From an uncultured Erysipelotrichaceae bacterium (GTDB lineage: Bacteria; Bacillota_I; Bacilli_A; Erysipelotrichales; Erysipelotrichaceae), in NCBI GenBank assembly GCA_902773425.1, contig CACYEP010000075.1, positions 1 to 54,253 of the forward strand: a stretch of DNA of 54,253 nt, given 5' to 3'. Position 1 is the first letter of the stretch. Every line of letters starts with the position of its first letter. Positions 26,918 to 37,653 of this stretch are shown one piece after another. Position numbers and translations under genes: made by a program. A model generated the notes under the pieces. That model did not search any database and was not told where the DNA came from. It saw only the letters and a program-made list of their open reading frames with translations.

Positions 26918-28744
26918 TTACATATTACGCAAATCGTAATTGCCTTTGCCGAACATTGCGTCCAAACGGTCCGTCGGAGTTTGCGGCTTCGGCATTTCTT
27001 CCGCTTCTGCCGCATCTTTCTCAGTTTTTGCACGTTCCGGCAAGGAAACCGCGCCTTTTGCCGGAAGAGTTCCTTCTTCCGAACGCCTGCGGAACAACGC
27101 AATCAAATCTGAAGACTCATCGCGCGTTAATGCGATCAGATATTTGTCCGCACCGAGCAGTTCTTCCGCAAATTCCGAGATTCCCTCATCATCGGACGCG
27201 GAATTGATCTGATTCGCGATGCCTTTTGTCTGTACGGTTATGATCAGACTGTCATCCGCGCTTGCGAGAAGTTTCGCATTCGCCAGCATTCCCGCATATC
27301 TTCCGTAACGTTCGTCATCACGGTACTCGTTGATTCTCGCGAATTTCGAGGTATCTTTCGCTTTTTCGGATTTGTTGGCTCTTACGAGGATGTCCAGCAT
27401 AATTTCTGCATCGGGAGTAATGTCCGCCGGATCTTCCAATGTTTCACGTGAAACATCCGGCTTAGTTTCTTCCGCTTTGATCGGCTCTACTTCCAATTCG
27501 CTTTCCGGAACACCGAAGCGGTTATGAAGTGCCGCACGGATTTCGTCCGGTGTATTCATGGAGTTCGCCGCATGTGTCCTCGCAGGCTTAGGTTCCGGTT
27601 TGACTTCTTCCGCCTTGACGGTAAGAACCGGTTCCGGTGAAACGGATACTGCCGGGGTTTCTGTCTTGGACGCCAAGTCAATCGCTTTTAACATCGCAAT
27701 CTCGAAATAGGAAGACGCGCTTTCAGAGACCTTGTACTTAGCCATAGTGTCTAAGAACAGATCTACAAGCTGCACCAACTCTTTCGTGGTATACATGGAC
27801 ACAATTTTGTCCGCCGCATCTTTCGTCAGACGCGTCAGAAGATTTACGTCCTTCAAACGGCTGTATACCGCTGCGTCTTTACAAACATTCATCAAATCCG
27901 AAGTCAGACGTTTTACATCAATGCCCTTCGGCCAATACGACGCGACCTTCTTGAATAATTTCGCGGAATCCGCTGTCTTGATATACGCCAGGAGTTCCGT
28001 CATTTCATCCAGGGAAACCAATCCATAGATGGACGATACATCTTCCAAAGAAATGTCTTTGCCCGCAAATGAGATGCATTGATCCAGAATGCTCAGCGCA
28101 TCCCGCATTCCGCCGGCAGAGAGTCTCGCAATCATTTTCAGCGCAGTATCATCCGCATTGATTCCTTCTTTTTCGCACACTTCCTTCAAATGTTCAAAGA
28201 TATCCGCGTCGGAGATTCTTCCGAAATCATATCTTTGGCATCTGGAAATAATCGTTGAAGGAATCTTCATCGGATCCGTGGTTGCCAAGATGAAGATCAC
28301 ATGGGAAGGAGGTTCTTCCAAAGTCTTCAAAAGCGCGTTGAAAGCGCCGGCCGACAGCATATGAACTTCGTCGATGATATAGACTTTATATTTCGCACGC
28401 AGAGGCGCGTATTTTACTTTTTCAATAATCTCACGGATGTTGTCGACGCTGGTGTGGCTTGCGGCATCCATTTCAATCACATCCGGATGAGTTCCCTGCG
28501 TGATTTCCCGGCAATTATCACATTCGTTGCACGGTTCTTCATGAAAATTTGTGCAGTTTACTGCCTTCGCAAAGATTTTCGCGATGGAAGTCTTGCCGGT
28601 CCCTCTCGGTCCGCAGAAAAGATACGCATGTGCGATGCGGTTGTTCTTGATGGAGTTCCGCAGGGTTTCTACAATTGCCCGCTGACCGACGATTTCGTCA
28701 AACGATCTGGAACGGTATTCACGATATAATGCTTTATATGCCAT
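26918..28744 (-). CDS. dnaX: DNA polymerase III subunit gamma/tau
   Basis: AYLFCGPRGTGKTS Walker A, CNECDNCREI zinc module, IIDEVHMLS, and SRCQRYDF. Confidence 0.9.
   Translation of the reverse strand: MAYKALYREYRSRSFDEIVGQRAIVETLRNSIKNNRIAHAYLFCGPRGTGKTSIAKIFAKAVNCTNFHEEPCNECDNCREITQGTHPDVIEMDAASHTSVDNIREIIEKVKYAPLRAKYKVYIIDEVHMLSAGAFNALLKTLEEPPSHVIFILATTDPMKIPSTIISRCQRYDFGRISDADIFEHLKEVCEKEGINADDTALKMIARLSAGGMRDALSILDQCISFAGKDISLEDVSSIYGLVSLDEMTELLAYIKTADSAKLFKKVASYWPKGIDVKRLTSDLMNVCKDAAVYSRLKDVNLLTRLTKDAADKIVSMYTTKELVQLVDLFLDTMAKYKVSESASSYFEIAMLKAIDLASKTETPAVSVSPEPVLTVKAEEVKPEPKPARTHAANSMNTPDEIRAALHNRFGVPESELEVEPIKAEETKPDVSRETLEDPADITPDAEIMLDILVRANKSEKAKDTSKFARINEYRDDERYGRYAGMLANAKLLASADDSLIITVQTKGIANQINSASDDEGISEFAEELLGADKYLIALTRDESSDLIALFRRRSEEGTLPAKGAVSLPERAKTEKDAAEAEEMPKPQTPTDRLDAMFGKGNYDLRNM
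27440..27455. promoter_or_regulatory. parS: parS (ParB/Spo0J binding site), perfect consensus, inside the dnaX ORF
   Basis: TGTTTCACGTGAAACA exactly. On the minus strand it encodes ...DVSRET... of DnaX. Confidence 0.8.
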
Positions 28745-28781
28745 AGTTTTTCTTGGGTCCTAACAGAATAATTATACCTGA

Positions 28782-29237
28782 TTATTTGTTCTTACGCTTG
28801 CTTTTGAAGTATTCTTTCAAAATCGCCGCACATTCTTCCTTTAAGATTCCGCCGTGAGAAGAAGGATGATGATTGTATGCTTTCTTCCGGAACATTCTCT
28901 GCACCGTCGCAACACTTCCGCCTTTTGGATCATACGCCCCGAAATATACATTCCGGATGCGGGATTGAATACACGCGCCCGCGCACATCGGACACGGTTC
29001 CAGCGTTACGTACAGGTCGCAGTCATCCAGATGCCATGTGCCTAATTTCCGGCAGGCTTCATCGATGACCTTCATCTCCGCATGCCAGATACCGCTGTGG
29101 GTTGTTTCGCGCAGGTTGTGACCGCGCGCCAAAATTTCACCGTTACGCACAATAACGGCTCCGATCGGAACTTCGTCTTGCGAAAACGCAAGCCGCGCCT
29201 CTTCGAGCGCTGTCTTCATGTACTCTTTTTCCGTCAT
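28782..29237 (-). CDS. tadA: tRNA-specific adenosine deaminase
   Basis: HAEM and PCPMCAG zinc-deaminase motifs. Start set at ATG 29237 because the upstream GTG (29258) would lie inside the SRP RNA gene. Confidence 0.85.
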   Translation of the reverse strand: MTEKEYMKTALEEARLAFSQDEVPIGAVIVRNGEILARGHNLRETTHSGIWHAEMKVIDEACRKLGTWHLDDCDLYVTLEPCPMCAGACIQSRIRNVYFGAYDPKGGSVATVQRMFRKKAYNHHPSSHGGILKEECAAILKEYFKSKRKNK

Positions 29238-29243
29238 GATACA

Positions 29244-29324
29244 AAAAGCGGTACACACATACGCATAATCTTATGGCTGCTACATCCCTGTCCTGACCAA
29301 ATTCGAATCACGTATGTTGTACCA
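29244..29324 (-). ncRNA. ffs: signal recognition particle RNA, minimal 4.5S-type (~80 nt, no Alu domain)
   Basis: The minus strand reads GGUACAACAUACG...GGUCAGG-ACA-GGGA-UGU-AGCAGCC...CGUAUGUgUGUACC-GCUUUUU. It is identical to E. coli 4.5S domain IV strands (GGUCAGG-UCC-GGAA-GGA-AGCAGCC), with a compensatory 3-bp stem and a GNRA loop. A 13-bp terminal helix and a U-tract complete it. A promoter places the TSS at the first base of the helix. It sits next to tadA/dnaX as in Bacillus. Confidence 0.8.
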
Positions 29325-29329
29325 TGTAT

Positions 29330-29357
29330 ATTGTACCAAAATTCCGTCAGGTTTCAA
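29330..29357 (-). promoter_or_regulatory. sigma-A type promoter of the SRP RNA
   Basis: On the minus strand: TTGAAA (29357-29352), a 16-nt spacer, then TGgTACAAT (-10 at 29335-29330). Confidence 0.55.
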
Positions 29358-29423
29358 CCGGAATCAACGTTTTGAACACCTTCCTCTCCTTATCCCTTAT
29401 AATATTGGCAGAGGTACACAAGT

Positions 29424-30362
29424 ATGCTGAATGTCCTGTTTCTGACCAAAATGCCTGAAAAAGGCACTTTGTATTTCAAAAATCTTCCGGATACCAATGT
29501 TCTTTTTGACTCGCCGGATAATCTGTCCGCCGATCAGCTCGCATCCGTGGAAGCCGTGCTCGGCAATCCGTCCGGAGAATTAGTCACAAAACTTCCGAAT
29601 CTGAAATGGATCCAATTGAACAGCGCCGGCGCGAACACCTACAGCTGGCTTCCGGAACACATCCTGTTAACCAACGCATCCGGGGCTTACGGTCCGGCTA
29701 TCTCCGAATACATGATTACGTATGCCTTCGCCGGGTTAAAGAATCTGATGAAATATCACGATCTTCAAAAGGAAGAATCCTGGACGGACTTGGGTAAAGT
29801 TCCGATGTTCGACCGCTGTACGGTTGTAAGCCTCGGCATGGGAGATATCGGTTCCAATTTCTTAAAAAGAGCCAAAGCGTTAGGTGCGTATACCGTCGGT
29901 GTCCGCAGGACTGCGCATGATAAGCCGGAATATGCGGATGAACTTGTCACTTACAGCGAACTGGAAGACATCCTTCCCCGCGCGGATATCTTAGGAATGT
30001 CCTTGCCGGAAACTGCGGAAACAACCGGCATCATGAACCGCAACAGACTTTCCGAGATGAAAAAAGATTCCGTTTTGATCAATGTAGGACGCGGAAGCGC
30101 GATTGTAACAGAGGATTTGGAAAACCTTGTGCGGGAGGGAATGTTCCGTGCCGTATTCTTAGATGTCACGGATCCCGAACCGCTGCCGGAGGGTCATCCG
30201 CTATGGAAGGAAGACCGTGTTTATATCACTCCGCACATTACCGGAAAATTCAACTCCGAGACTACCTTCGAAAACATTGTGGACATTTTCCTGACGAATC
30301 TTCGGCATTACCGCAATCACGAACCGCTGGAACATGTCGTCAACCGGACTCTCGGGTACTAG
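29424..30362 (+). CDS. D-isomer-specific 2-hydroxyacid dehydrogenase family protein (NAD-binding)
   Basis: Rossmann GMGDIGSNF, the catalytic-region pattern INVGRGSAI...DV...EP...HPLW...ITPH. Confidence 0.8.
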   Translation: MLNVLFLTKMPEKGTLYFKNLPDTNVLFDSPDNLSADQLASVEAVLGNPSGELVTKLPNLKWIQLNSAGANTYSWLPEHILLTNASGAYGPAISEYMITYAFAGLKNLMKYHDLQKEESWTDLGKVPMFDRCTVVSLGMGDIGSNFLKRAKALGAYTVGVRRTAHDKPEYADELVTYSELEDILPRADILGMSLPETAETTGIMNRNRLSEMKKDSVLINVGRGSAIVTEDLENLVREGMFRAVFLDVTDPEPLPEGHPLWKEDRVYITPHITGKFNSETTFENIVDIFLTNLRHYRNHEPLEHVVNRTLGY

Positions 30363-30391
30363 TTGATAATAATTTCACAAATTATTCGTCA

Positions 30392-30420
30392 TTGAACGGT
30401 GTTAACTGAACTCATATAAT
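30392..30420 (+). promoter_or_regulatory. sigma-A type promoter for the MscS-family gene
   Basis: TTGAAC (30392-30397), a 17-nt spacer, then TATAAT (30415-30420), 20 nt upstream of the ATG. Confidence 0.5.
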
Positions 30421-30440
30421 TATCCTGGCAGAGGTATCTT

Positions 30441-31304
30441 ATGAACTGGAATGAACTACTTGAAAAACTAAAAGACGGCGGGATCAAAATAATCGGCAGT
30501 CTTCTGTTGATTATATTGACGTTTGTCGCCGCGAATTTGATTTTAAAAGCAATCTCAAGCTATACAAGAAGAACCATTGATAAAGCGAACCAAATGGAAG
30601 ACAAAGCGCACGGCAAGCAAATCGTCACGGTCATGTCGATTTTGCGCAGTGTCAGCCGTTACCTTCTGTACTTCTTCGCCATCATGATTTCTTTGAATAT
30701 CATGGGCTTCGGCGCCAACCTCAACAACGTCCTGGTTACCGCCGGCGTCGGAAGCTTGATTCTCTCCTTCGGAGCGCAGTCCTTCATCAAAGATGTCGTC
30801 GCGGGGCTGTTTCTGATTTTTGAGAAACAATACTCGGTCGGAGATTTTGTGAAGCTCGGAGACTATACCGGCACGGTTACCGGAGTCGCCACGCGCGTTA
30901 CCTATTTAACCACGGTGGACGGCACCAAGGTAATCATCCCGAACGGGTCGATTCCTTCGGTCATCAATTACGGCAACAAATTCAACCAGGCGAAAATCGT
31001 CGTTCCGACGCCGTACGAAGCGAATACCGCGGAGTTAATAGAAAAGATTACCGGATGGCTGAATGAGTACTACAGGGAAAATAAAGAGAATTTTGTAGAA
31101 CCTCCGCAGGTTCTCGGTGTTTCCGAATTCAATGCCAGCAGCGTCGATCTGACCGTCGTCGGCAAAGTATTGCCGCTGAAACAATGGCAGACCGAACGTG
31201 ATTGGCGTTTGTTGATCAAAAAACATTTCGACGAAGAAGGTATCTCCATACCGTACCAGACCGTAACGGTCATCAAATCCGAGCCAAGCGAAAAGGACGC
31301 GTGA
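30441..31304 (+). CDS. small-conductance mechanosensitive channel (MscS family)
   Basis: Three N-terminal TM helices, the pore-helix motif GVGSLILSFGAQSFIKDVVAGLFLIFE, and a beta-domain (GDFVKLGDYTGTVTGV). Confidence 0.85.
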   Translation: MNWNELLEKLKDGGIKIIGSLLLIILTFVAANLILKAISSYTRRTIDKANQMEDKAHGKQIVTVMSILRSVSRYLLYFFAIMISLNIMGFGANLNNVLVTAGVGSLILSFGAQSFIKDVVAGLFLIFEKQYSVGDFVKLGDYTGTVTGVATRVTYLTTVDGTKVIIPNGSIPSVINYGNKFNQAKIVVPTPYEANTAELIEKITGWLNEYYRENKENFVEPPQVLGVSEFNASSVDLTVVGKVLPLKQWQTERDWRLLIKKHFDEEGISIPYQTVTVIKSEPSEKDA

Positions 31305-31320
31305 TGCGTCCTTTCGTTTA
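31292..31320. terminator. bidirectional terminator between the convergent MscS gene and the 31318..31836 gene
   Basis: AAAGGACGC (31292-31300), loop GTGAT, then GCGTCCTTT (31306-31314). Confidence 0.6.
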
Positions 31321-31836
31321 CTTAGGGTTGTTGTTGTTGGCGCTGAAGATCCGGACTACTTCATCAAAAGAGATACTGTCGCAAAGATATTTATATACCT
31401 TTCCGTCTTTTCTCGTGTAAATTCCGTAATACCCAACTTTAAATCTTGCGCCTTTCCACATCTTGTCATACGGATACATTTCCAATTTCGCAGAATCCGC
31501 AAACTTCAGAATCACCGGTTCACCTTCCGGATTTCCGGTTGCCGGTCTGGTATACGCATCAGAGATCAAGGTAGCAAAGAACATGTTGGAACTTTCCAAA
31601 GTGACGATACACACCTCATCTTTATAGTATGCGTACGTTCCTTCCTTGCCGTCGGTTGCGCGGTAAAGCCGGTCAGATTTCGCAAAGCTGTCGGAAACAT
31701 CGCGGACATACCAATGATATTGAAGAACCGCGAGTTCCGTCACAGCAAACAGGATAAGGCACCCAATCAGAAATACGATAGGTATCCCGGCTTTCAGAAA
31801 GAATTTCTTATCGTATTTAACAGATTTCGAGGTCAT
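31318..31836 (-). CDS. hypothetical membrane-anchored protein
   Basis: 172 aa with an N-terminal TM helix (GIPIVFLIGCLILFAV). Starts 3 nt after the serS stop, so it is probably the last gene of the gyrBA-serS unit. Confidence 0.5.
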   Translation of the reverse strand: MTSKSVKYDKKFFLKAGIPIVFLIGCLILFAVTELAVLQYHWYVRDVSDSFAKSDRLYRATDGKEGTYAYYKDEVCIVTLESSNMFFATLISDAYTRPATGNPEGEPVILKFADSAKLEMYPYDKMWKGARFKVGYYGIYTRKDGKVYKYLCDSISFDEVVRIFSANNNNPK

Positions 31837-31839
31837 GAT

Positions 31840-33132
31840 TTATTTAACCGGCGTAATGACCGTCTTTCCGCCCATGTATTTCTGTAACGGAGCCGGGATT
31901 TTCACCGAACCGTCTGCCTGAAGGTTATTCTCCAGTAACGCGATCAGCATTCTAGGCGGAGCTACACAGGTGTTGTTGAGGGTATGCGGGAAGTATTTCT
32001 TTCCGTCCGGACCGTTCACGCGGATACCGAGACGTCTTGCCTGGCAATCTGTCAGGTTCGAGCAGCTTCCGACTTCAAAATATTTCTTCTGACGCGGGCT
32101 CCAAGCCTCTACGTCCACCGACTTCGTCTTTAAGTCCGCCAGATCTCCCGAGCAGCACTCCAATGCACGTACCGGAATATCTAACGAACGGAAGAACTCA
32201 ACGGTATTCATATAGAGTTTCTTGAACCATTCCATGGACTCTTCCGGCTTGCAGATGACGACCATTTCCTGTTTTTCAAATTGATGAATACGGTAAACAC
32301 CGCGTTCTTCAATACCGTGTGCGCCTTTTTCCTTGCGGAAGCACGGGCTGTAGGAAGTCATGGTCTGCGGCAAAGCAGATTCCGGCAGGATCTGACCGAT
32401 ATAGCGGCCGATCATCGAATGTTCGGAAGTACCGATCAGGTAGAGATCTTCGCCTTCGATTTTGTACATCATGGAATCCATTTCCGCGAAACTCATAACG
32501 CCCGTGACAACATTTCCGTGGATCATATACGGCGGAATGCAATACGTGAATCCCTTCTGATCAATCATGAAATCTCTTCCGTAACTCAAGCACGCGGAAT
32601 GAAGACGCGCGATATCGCCGGTCAGATAGTAGAATCCGTTTCCTGCGACTCTTCCTGCGCTGTCCATATCCACGCCGTTGAAACGTTCCATGATTTCCGT
32701 ATGATACGGAATCGGGAAATCCGGTACAACCGGTTCGCCGAAACGTTCGATTTCCACATTTTCCGAATCGTCTTTACCGATCGGTACGGACGGGTCGATG
32801 ATATTCGGAATGATCATCTGGATTGCTTTCGCGTTTTCGTAGAGTTCATTCTCTTTCTTTTCGTTTTCCGTTAATTCGTTCCCGATTTCTTTGACTTCCG
32901 CTTTCACTTTTTCCGCTTCTTCGCGTAAGCCTTTGGCCATCAGGCCGCCGATTTCCTTGGATAATGTGTTGCGCTTGGAACGCAGATCATCATCCTTGGT
33001 CTTCATGGCGCGGTATTCTTCATCCAGCCGGATCAGTTCATCGACTTTTTCGACTTTTTCGAACTGGAATTTCTTCCGGCAGTTCTCTTTGACCAATTCC
33101 GCATTATCGCGGATAAATTTCATATCAAGCAT
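31840..33132 (-). CDS. serS: seryl-tRNA synthetase
   Basis: [11 protein letters not shown]-terminal coiled coil and class II motifs ([22 protein letters not shown]). The start overlaps the gyrA stop by 8 nt. Confidence 0.95.
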   Translation of the reverse strand: MLDMKFIRDNAELVKENCRKKFQFEKVEKVDELIRLDEEYRAMKTKDDDLRSKRNTLSKEIGGLMAKGLREEAEKVKAEVKEIGNELTENEKKENELYENAKAIQMIIPNIIDPSVPIGKDDSENVEIERFGEPVVPDFPIPYHTEIMERFNGVDMDSAGRVAGNGFYYLTGDIARLHSACLSYGRDFMIDQKGFTYCIPPYMIHGNVVTGVMSFAEMDSMMYKIEGEDLYLIGTSEHSMIGRYIGQILPESALPQTMTSYSPCFRKEKGAHGIEERGVYRIHQFEKQEMVVICKPEESMEWFKKLYMNTVEFFRSLDIPVRALECCSGDLADLKTKSVDVEAWSPRQKKYFEVGSCSNLTDCQARRLGIRVNGPDGKKYFPHTLNNTCVAPPRMLIALLENNLQADGSVKIPAPLQKYMGGKTVITPVK

Positions 33133-35641
33133 TTTCTTCCGTCTCCTTGTTTTCCGGTTCTTCCGGTGTTTCCGCGGCCGGTTCTTCCGCCTGCGGTGCT
33201 ACAACTTCCATCGCGGATACCTTGCAGTTATCCTGCACATTGATCAAACGTACACCCTGGGTGTTACGTCCGTGCTCCGACACCGTAAGAAGGGATATAC
33301 GAATCATAATACCCGCGTCGGTAATAATCAATAAGTCTTCATCTCCGTTTACCGCGCAAAGCGATACCAGCGGTCCGTTCTTCGCCGTAATATTCACGGT
33401 GCGGACACCCTTCGCGCCGCGTTTGGTCAAACGGTATTCCTCTAACGGAGTCTTCTTTCCGTATCCGTTTTCGGTAACGGACAGCAGGAAGGAGCCTTCC
33501 TTATCCGTCGCCATTCCGACAACGCGCGAACCTTCCGGATTGAATCCCTTCACGCCTGCCGCGTTTCTGCCCATAACACGGACATCGCTTTCGTTGAAGC
33601 GGACAGCCTTTCCGTTGGAACCTGCCAGGATAATTTCATCATGACCGCCTGTCAGCTTGACGCCGAACAGTTCGTCTCCGTCATTCAAAGAAATCGCAAT
33701 CTTACCGTTGGCGCGGATCGAATCGAATTCCGACAGCGGTGTACGTTTTACGATACCCTGTACGGTCGAGAAGAATAAGTACTTGCCTTCGTCGTTCGGG
33801 TTTGCCGCAACCAGGGCTTTTACCTTTTCTCCGTCATCCATCTTTAAGAGGTTGACAATCGGAAGTCCCTTGCCGGTTCTGCCTCCGGAAGGCACCTGGT
33901 ATCCCTTGATGCGGAATACGCGGCCCTTATTCGTGTAGCACAATAACCAGCTGTGCGTGGACATCGAGATGACCTGGTCGATAATGTCATCGTTGTTCAA
34001 AGTCATACCCTTGACGCCGCGTCCTCCGCGGTTTTGCGTACGGTAGGTATCCAGCGTCAGACGCTTGATATATCCGCCTTTAGTCATTGTAACAACGATA
34101 TCTTCCACCGGGATCAGATCTTCATCCTCGAAGGTTGCTTCGCCTTCGATGATTTCGGTTCTGCGTTCATCTCCGTAGCGGTTCTTGATGTCGATCAATT
34201 CCGACTTGATGATTTCAATGACACGGGAATGATGATTCAGGATGTCCTTGAAATCTTCAATCATCGGCAGTAATTCGTTGTATTCATCTTCCAGACGTTT
34301 TCTCTGTAAGCCCAGGAGTCTTCTCATCTGCATATCCAGAATAGCTTTGCACTGGATGGAATCCAAACCGAACTGGTCCATCATGCGGTTTGTCGCTTCT
34401 TCGTCGTTAGCGGAAGTTTCGATGATATTGATGATTTCATGAATATGATCGATGGCTTTCAGAAGTCCTTCCAGAATGTGAGCTCTGTCTTCCGCAACTT
34501 TCAGATCATAGCGCGTGCGGCGTGTCACAATATCTACCTGATGGTTGATATAGACTTCCAGCATCTGTTTTAAATTCATGACATGCGGAACATTGTTGAC
34601 GACCGCCAGCATATTTATACCGAAGCTTACCTGCAGCGGAGTTAATTTAAACAATTGGTTCAGCAGCACTTCCGGCTGGACATCCTTGCGCAATTCCATC
34701 AGAATCGAAATGCCTTCAGAACTGGAAACATCCTTTAAATCGGTAATGCCTTCGACAATTTTATCTTTCGCAAGATCACCGATTTTCTTGACTAATTCAG
34801 ACTTGTTGACGGCATACGGAACTTCCGTGAATTCGATTTGATGCTTGCCGTTTTCAAGTTCGGTCACATTGTATTTGGAGCGGATAATAATGGATCCGCG
34901 TCCGGTTTCATAGGCCTTGCGGATTCCCGCGCGTCCGATGATCTGCGCACCGGTCGGAAAATCCGGACCGCTGATATAGTTGGTCATCAGTTCCGGAATC
35001 GTAATCTCCGGATTTTCCATGACCGCAATTGTCGCATCCACCACTTCCTTCAGGTTGTGCGAAGGAATGTTGGTGGCCATGCCGACCGCGATACCGGTTG
35101 TGCCGTTGACCAACAGGTTCGGGAAATGTGCCGGCAGAATCGTCGGTTCTTTTTCTTCCCCGTCGTAGTTATCGACCATGTCCACAGTATTCTTCTTCAT
35201 ATCGCGGACCATCTCCATGGAAATCTTGGACATGCGGGCCTCGGTATAACGCTGAGCCGCCGCACCGTCTCCGTCCATGTTGCCGAAGTTTCCGTGTCCG
35301 TCTACTAACGGATAACGGTAACTGAACGGCTGGGCCATACGCACCAGTGCTTCATAAATTGAAGAGTCTCCGTGCGGATGATATTTACCCATGACTTCAC
35401 CCGTAATACGGGCGCTCTTTTTATAACCGCTGGAAGCGTTGATTCCCATTTCCGCCATACCGTACAGAATACGGCGCTGAACCGGTTTTAAACCGTCTCT
35501 GGCATCCGGTAAAGCACGCTGCACGATAACGCTCATGGCATAGCTTAAGAAGGAATCACGGACTTCGGAAGAGATATTTACTTCCTTGATTTTGTCGGTG
35601 CCGGATTCATTGGTTACCGGTTTGATATTCATTTCATCCAT
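33125..35641 (-). CDS. gyrA: DNA gyrase subunit A
   Basis: [12 protein letters not shown], the [21 protein letters not shown] region, and C-terminal beta-pinwheel repeats. Confidence 0.95.
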   Translation of the reverse strand: MDEMNIKPVTNESGTDKIKEVNISSEVRDSFLSYAMSVIVQRALPDARDGLKPVQRRILYGMAEMGINASSGYKKSARITGEVMGKYHPHGDSSIYEALVRMAQPFSYRYPLVDGHGNFGNMDGDGAAAQRYTEARMSKISMEMVRDMKKNTVDMVDNYDGEEKEPTILPAHFPNLLVNGTTGIAVGMATNIPSHNLKEVVDATIAVMENPEITIPELMTNYISGPDFPTGAQIIGRAGIRKAYETGRGSIIIRSKYNVTELENGKHQIEFTEVPYAVNKSELVKKIGDLAKDKIVEGITDLKDVSSSEGISILMELRKDVQPEVLLNQLFKLTPLQVSFGINMLAVVNNVPHVMNLKQMLEVYINHQVDIVTRRTRYDLKVAEDRAHILEGLLKAIDHIHEIINIIETSANDEEATNRMMDQFGLDSIQCKAILDMQMRRLLGLQRKRLEDEYNELLPMIEDFKDILNHHSRVIEIIKSELIDIKNRYGDERRTEIIEGEATFEDEDLIPVEDIVVTMTKGGYIKRLTLDTYRTQNRGGRGVKGMTLNNDDIIDQVISMSTHSWLLCYTNKGRVFRIKGYQVPSGGRTGKGLPIVNLLKMDDGEKVKALVAANPNDEGKYLFFSTVQGIVKRTPLSEFDSIRANGKIAISLNDGDELFGVKLTGGHDEIILAGSNGKAVRFNESDVRVMGRNAAGVKGFNPEGSRVVGMATDKEGSFLLSVTENGYGKKTPLEEYRLTKRGAKGVRTVNITAKNGPLVSLCAVNGDEDLLIITDAGIMIRISLLTVSEHGRNTQGVRLINVQDNCKVSAMEVVAPQAEEPAAETPEEPENKETEENA

Positions 35642-35652
35642 AACTGCACCTC

Positions 35653-37653
35653 CTACAAATCAATATCCTTGACGAAATGCGCGTTCTTCATAATGAAGGC
35701 CTTGCGCGGTTCGACTTCTTCGCCCATCAGCATCTCGAAGACCTGATCGGCTTCCATCGCGTTTTCAATGTTTACTTTGACTAAAGTTCTGGTTTCCGGA
35801 TCCATGGTGGTTTCAAACAGCTGGTCGGCATCCATTTCACCCAAACCTTTGTAACGCTGGATTTCATATTTATCCACGTAAATCTTTTTAAGATCTTCCA
35901 ACTGTTCATCGGAATACGCGTAATCCAGGCGTTTTCCCTTCTGTATGCGGAATAAAGGCGGTTGGGCAAAGTAGACATAGCCCCCTTCGATAATCGGCCG
36001 TAAGAAGCGGTAGAAGAACGTTAACAACAGAATGCGGATATGCGCTCCGTCGACATCGGCATCGGACATAATGATGACTTTGTGATAACGGAGTTTATCA
36101 ATATTGAAATCTTCGCCGACACCGGTTCCGAACGCCGTGATCATCGTCTTGATTTCCGCGTTATCGAAAATCCGGTGCATACCTGCCTTTTCGACGTTCA
36201 GAATCTTACCTCTTAACGGTAAGATTGCCTGCGTGCGGCGGTTTCTCCCCTCCGTCGCGCTTCCTCCTGCGGAATCCCCCTCGACGATAAAGATTTCGGA
36301 TTCTTCCGGATTGCGGGAGATGCAGTCACGGAGTTTTCCCGGCAATGCGGTGAATTCCAAAGGACTCTTGCGTCTTGTCGCTTCACGCGCTTTCTTCGCT
36401 GCCTGACGGGCATTGCTGGCGAGCAATCCTTTTTCAACGATTACGCGCGCTTCCTTCGGATTTTCCATCAGATAACGCTCAAACTGCGTTCCGAAGACAT
36501 TGGATACGATTTTACGGACTTCGGAGTTTCCGAGCTTCGTCTTGGTTTGTCCTTCATATTCCGGATTCGGATGTTTCACGGAAACAATCGCTACGATACC
36601 TTCGCGAACATCGTCTCCGGTCAGGTTTTCATCTTTGTCTTTTAAGATGCCTGCCTTGCGTCCGTACTTGTTGATGACGCGGGACAGGGTCATGCGGAAG
36701 CCTTCTTCATGGGTTCCGCCTTCATGCGTATTGACGTTGTTGCAGTAGCAATACACATAACGGTTGAATCCGTCATTGTACTGGAATGCGACTTCTACCA
36801 GGATATCGTCTTCTTCACCTTCGAAATACAAAGGTTCCGGCATAATGGTCGTCTTACCTTTCTGCAGGTATCCGACATATTCCTTGATGCCTCCCTTATA
36901 TTGGAAGACTTCGGTTTTTTCCTGGTCATCTTCCAGACGTTCATCCGTGAAGACGATTTTGATTCCTTTATTCAGGAATGCCAATTCGCGTAAATGTTCG
37001 CGCAGTGTATTGTGATCATACACGGTCGTTTCACGGAAAATCGCCGGATCCGCCTTGAATTTGACGGTTGTGCCGTGATTGGCGGATTCTCCGATAACCT
37101 TCAAAGGCACAACGGTATGACCGCCGTTTTCAAAACGCAGATAATACGCATGCCCGTCACGTTCCGAAATGACTTCCATCCAGCTCGATAACGCATTTAC
37201 GACCGTAGCGCCTACACCGTGAAGTCCCGAAGACATTTTGTATACCGAACCGTCGAATTTTCCTCCGGCATGAAGTTCGGTATAAATCGTTTCCGCGGCG
37301 CTCTTTCCGGTCTTCGGATGAATATCCACCGGAACGCCTCTTCCGTTATCCTTTACGGTGATGACGTTTTCATCATCCACGGTCACATCGATTTCATCCG
37401 CGAAACCTGCGACGGCTTCATCGATTCCGTTGTCTACGATTTCCCACACAAGGTGGTGCAATCCGGATGCCGAAGTGGACGCAATATACATGCCCGGACG
37501 TTTCCGTACGGCCTCCATTCCTTCCAACACCTGGATATCTTCCGCTCCGTAATGATCCGTATGAACTTTTGTTACATCTTCTACATTCACGGAAGTCGAA
37601 AATTCTTCATTTTCCTCTGTTTCTTCTAATTCGAGGTTGTCGAGTTCATCCAT
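35653..37653 (-). CDS. gyrB: DNA gyrase subunit B
   Basis: [21 protein letters not shown] motif, the EGDSAGGS Toprim motif, and [10 protein letters not shown]. Confidence 0.95.
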   Translation of the reverse strand: MDELDNLELEETEENEEFSTSVNVEDVTKVHTDHYGAEDIQVLEGMEAVRKRPGMYIASTSASGLHHLVWEIVDNGIDEAVAGFADEIDVTVDDENVITVKDNGRGVPVDIHPKTGKSAAETIYTELHAGGKFDGSVYKMSSGLHGVGATVVNALSSWMEVISERDGHAYYLRFENGGHTVVPLKVIGESANHGTTVKFKADPAIFRETTVYDHNTLREHLRELAFLNKGIKIVFTDERLEDDQEKTEVFQYKGGIKEYVGYLQKGKTTIMPEPLYFEGEEDDILVEVAFQYNDGFNRYVYCYCNNVNTHEGGTHEEGFRMTLSRVINKYGRKAGILKDKDENLTGDDVREGIVAIVSVKHPNPEYEGQTKTKLGNSEVRKIVSNVFGTQFERYLMENPKEARVIVEKGLLASNARQAAKKAREATRRKSPLEFTALPGKLRDCISRNPEESEIFIVEGDSAGGSATEGRNRRTQAILPLRGKILNVEKAGMHRIFDNAEIKTMITAFGTGVGEDFNIDKLRYHKVIIMSDADVDGAHIRILLLTFFYRFLRPIIEGGYVYFAQPPLFRIQKGKRLDYAYSDEQLEDLKKIYVDKYEIQRYKGLGEMDADQLFETTMDPETRTLVKVNIENAMEADQVFEMLMGEEVEPRKAFIMKNAHFVKDIDL

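Noticed and set aside
26911-27102. 63-aa minus-strand ORF overlapping the dnaX 3' end
   Set aside because: It is in an alternative frame of dnaX, is extremely Arg/Lys/Cys-rich, and has no RBS. It is a spurious ORF.
26918-28744. Programmed -1 frameshift site in dnaX (A AAA AAG type, as in E. coli)
   Set aside because: I did not see the slippery heptamer on the coding strand. A single full-length tau-type ORF is the simplest reading.
29317-29338. Tandem TTGTACCA ... TTGTACCA repeat, first read as an operator or twin promoters for tadA
   Set aside because: On the minus strand one copy is the TGgTACAAT -10 element and the other is the 5' arm (GGUACAA...) of the SRP RNA terminal helix. The repeat is coincidental to those two functions.
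29407-29415. Recurring GGCAGAGGT motif upstream of several starts (tmk, the 2-hydroxyacid dehydrogenase, MscS; dnaA has GCAGAGGA)
   Set aside because: It sits 6-9 nt before the ATG each time. This is simply the local Shine-Dalgarno context (GAGG), not a regulatory repeat.
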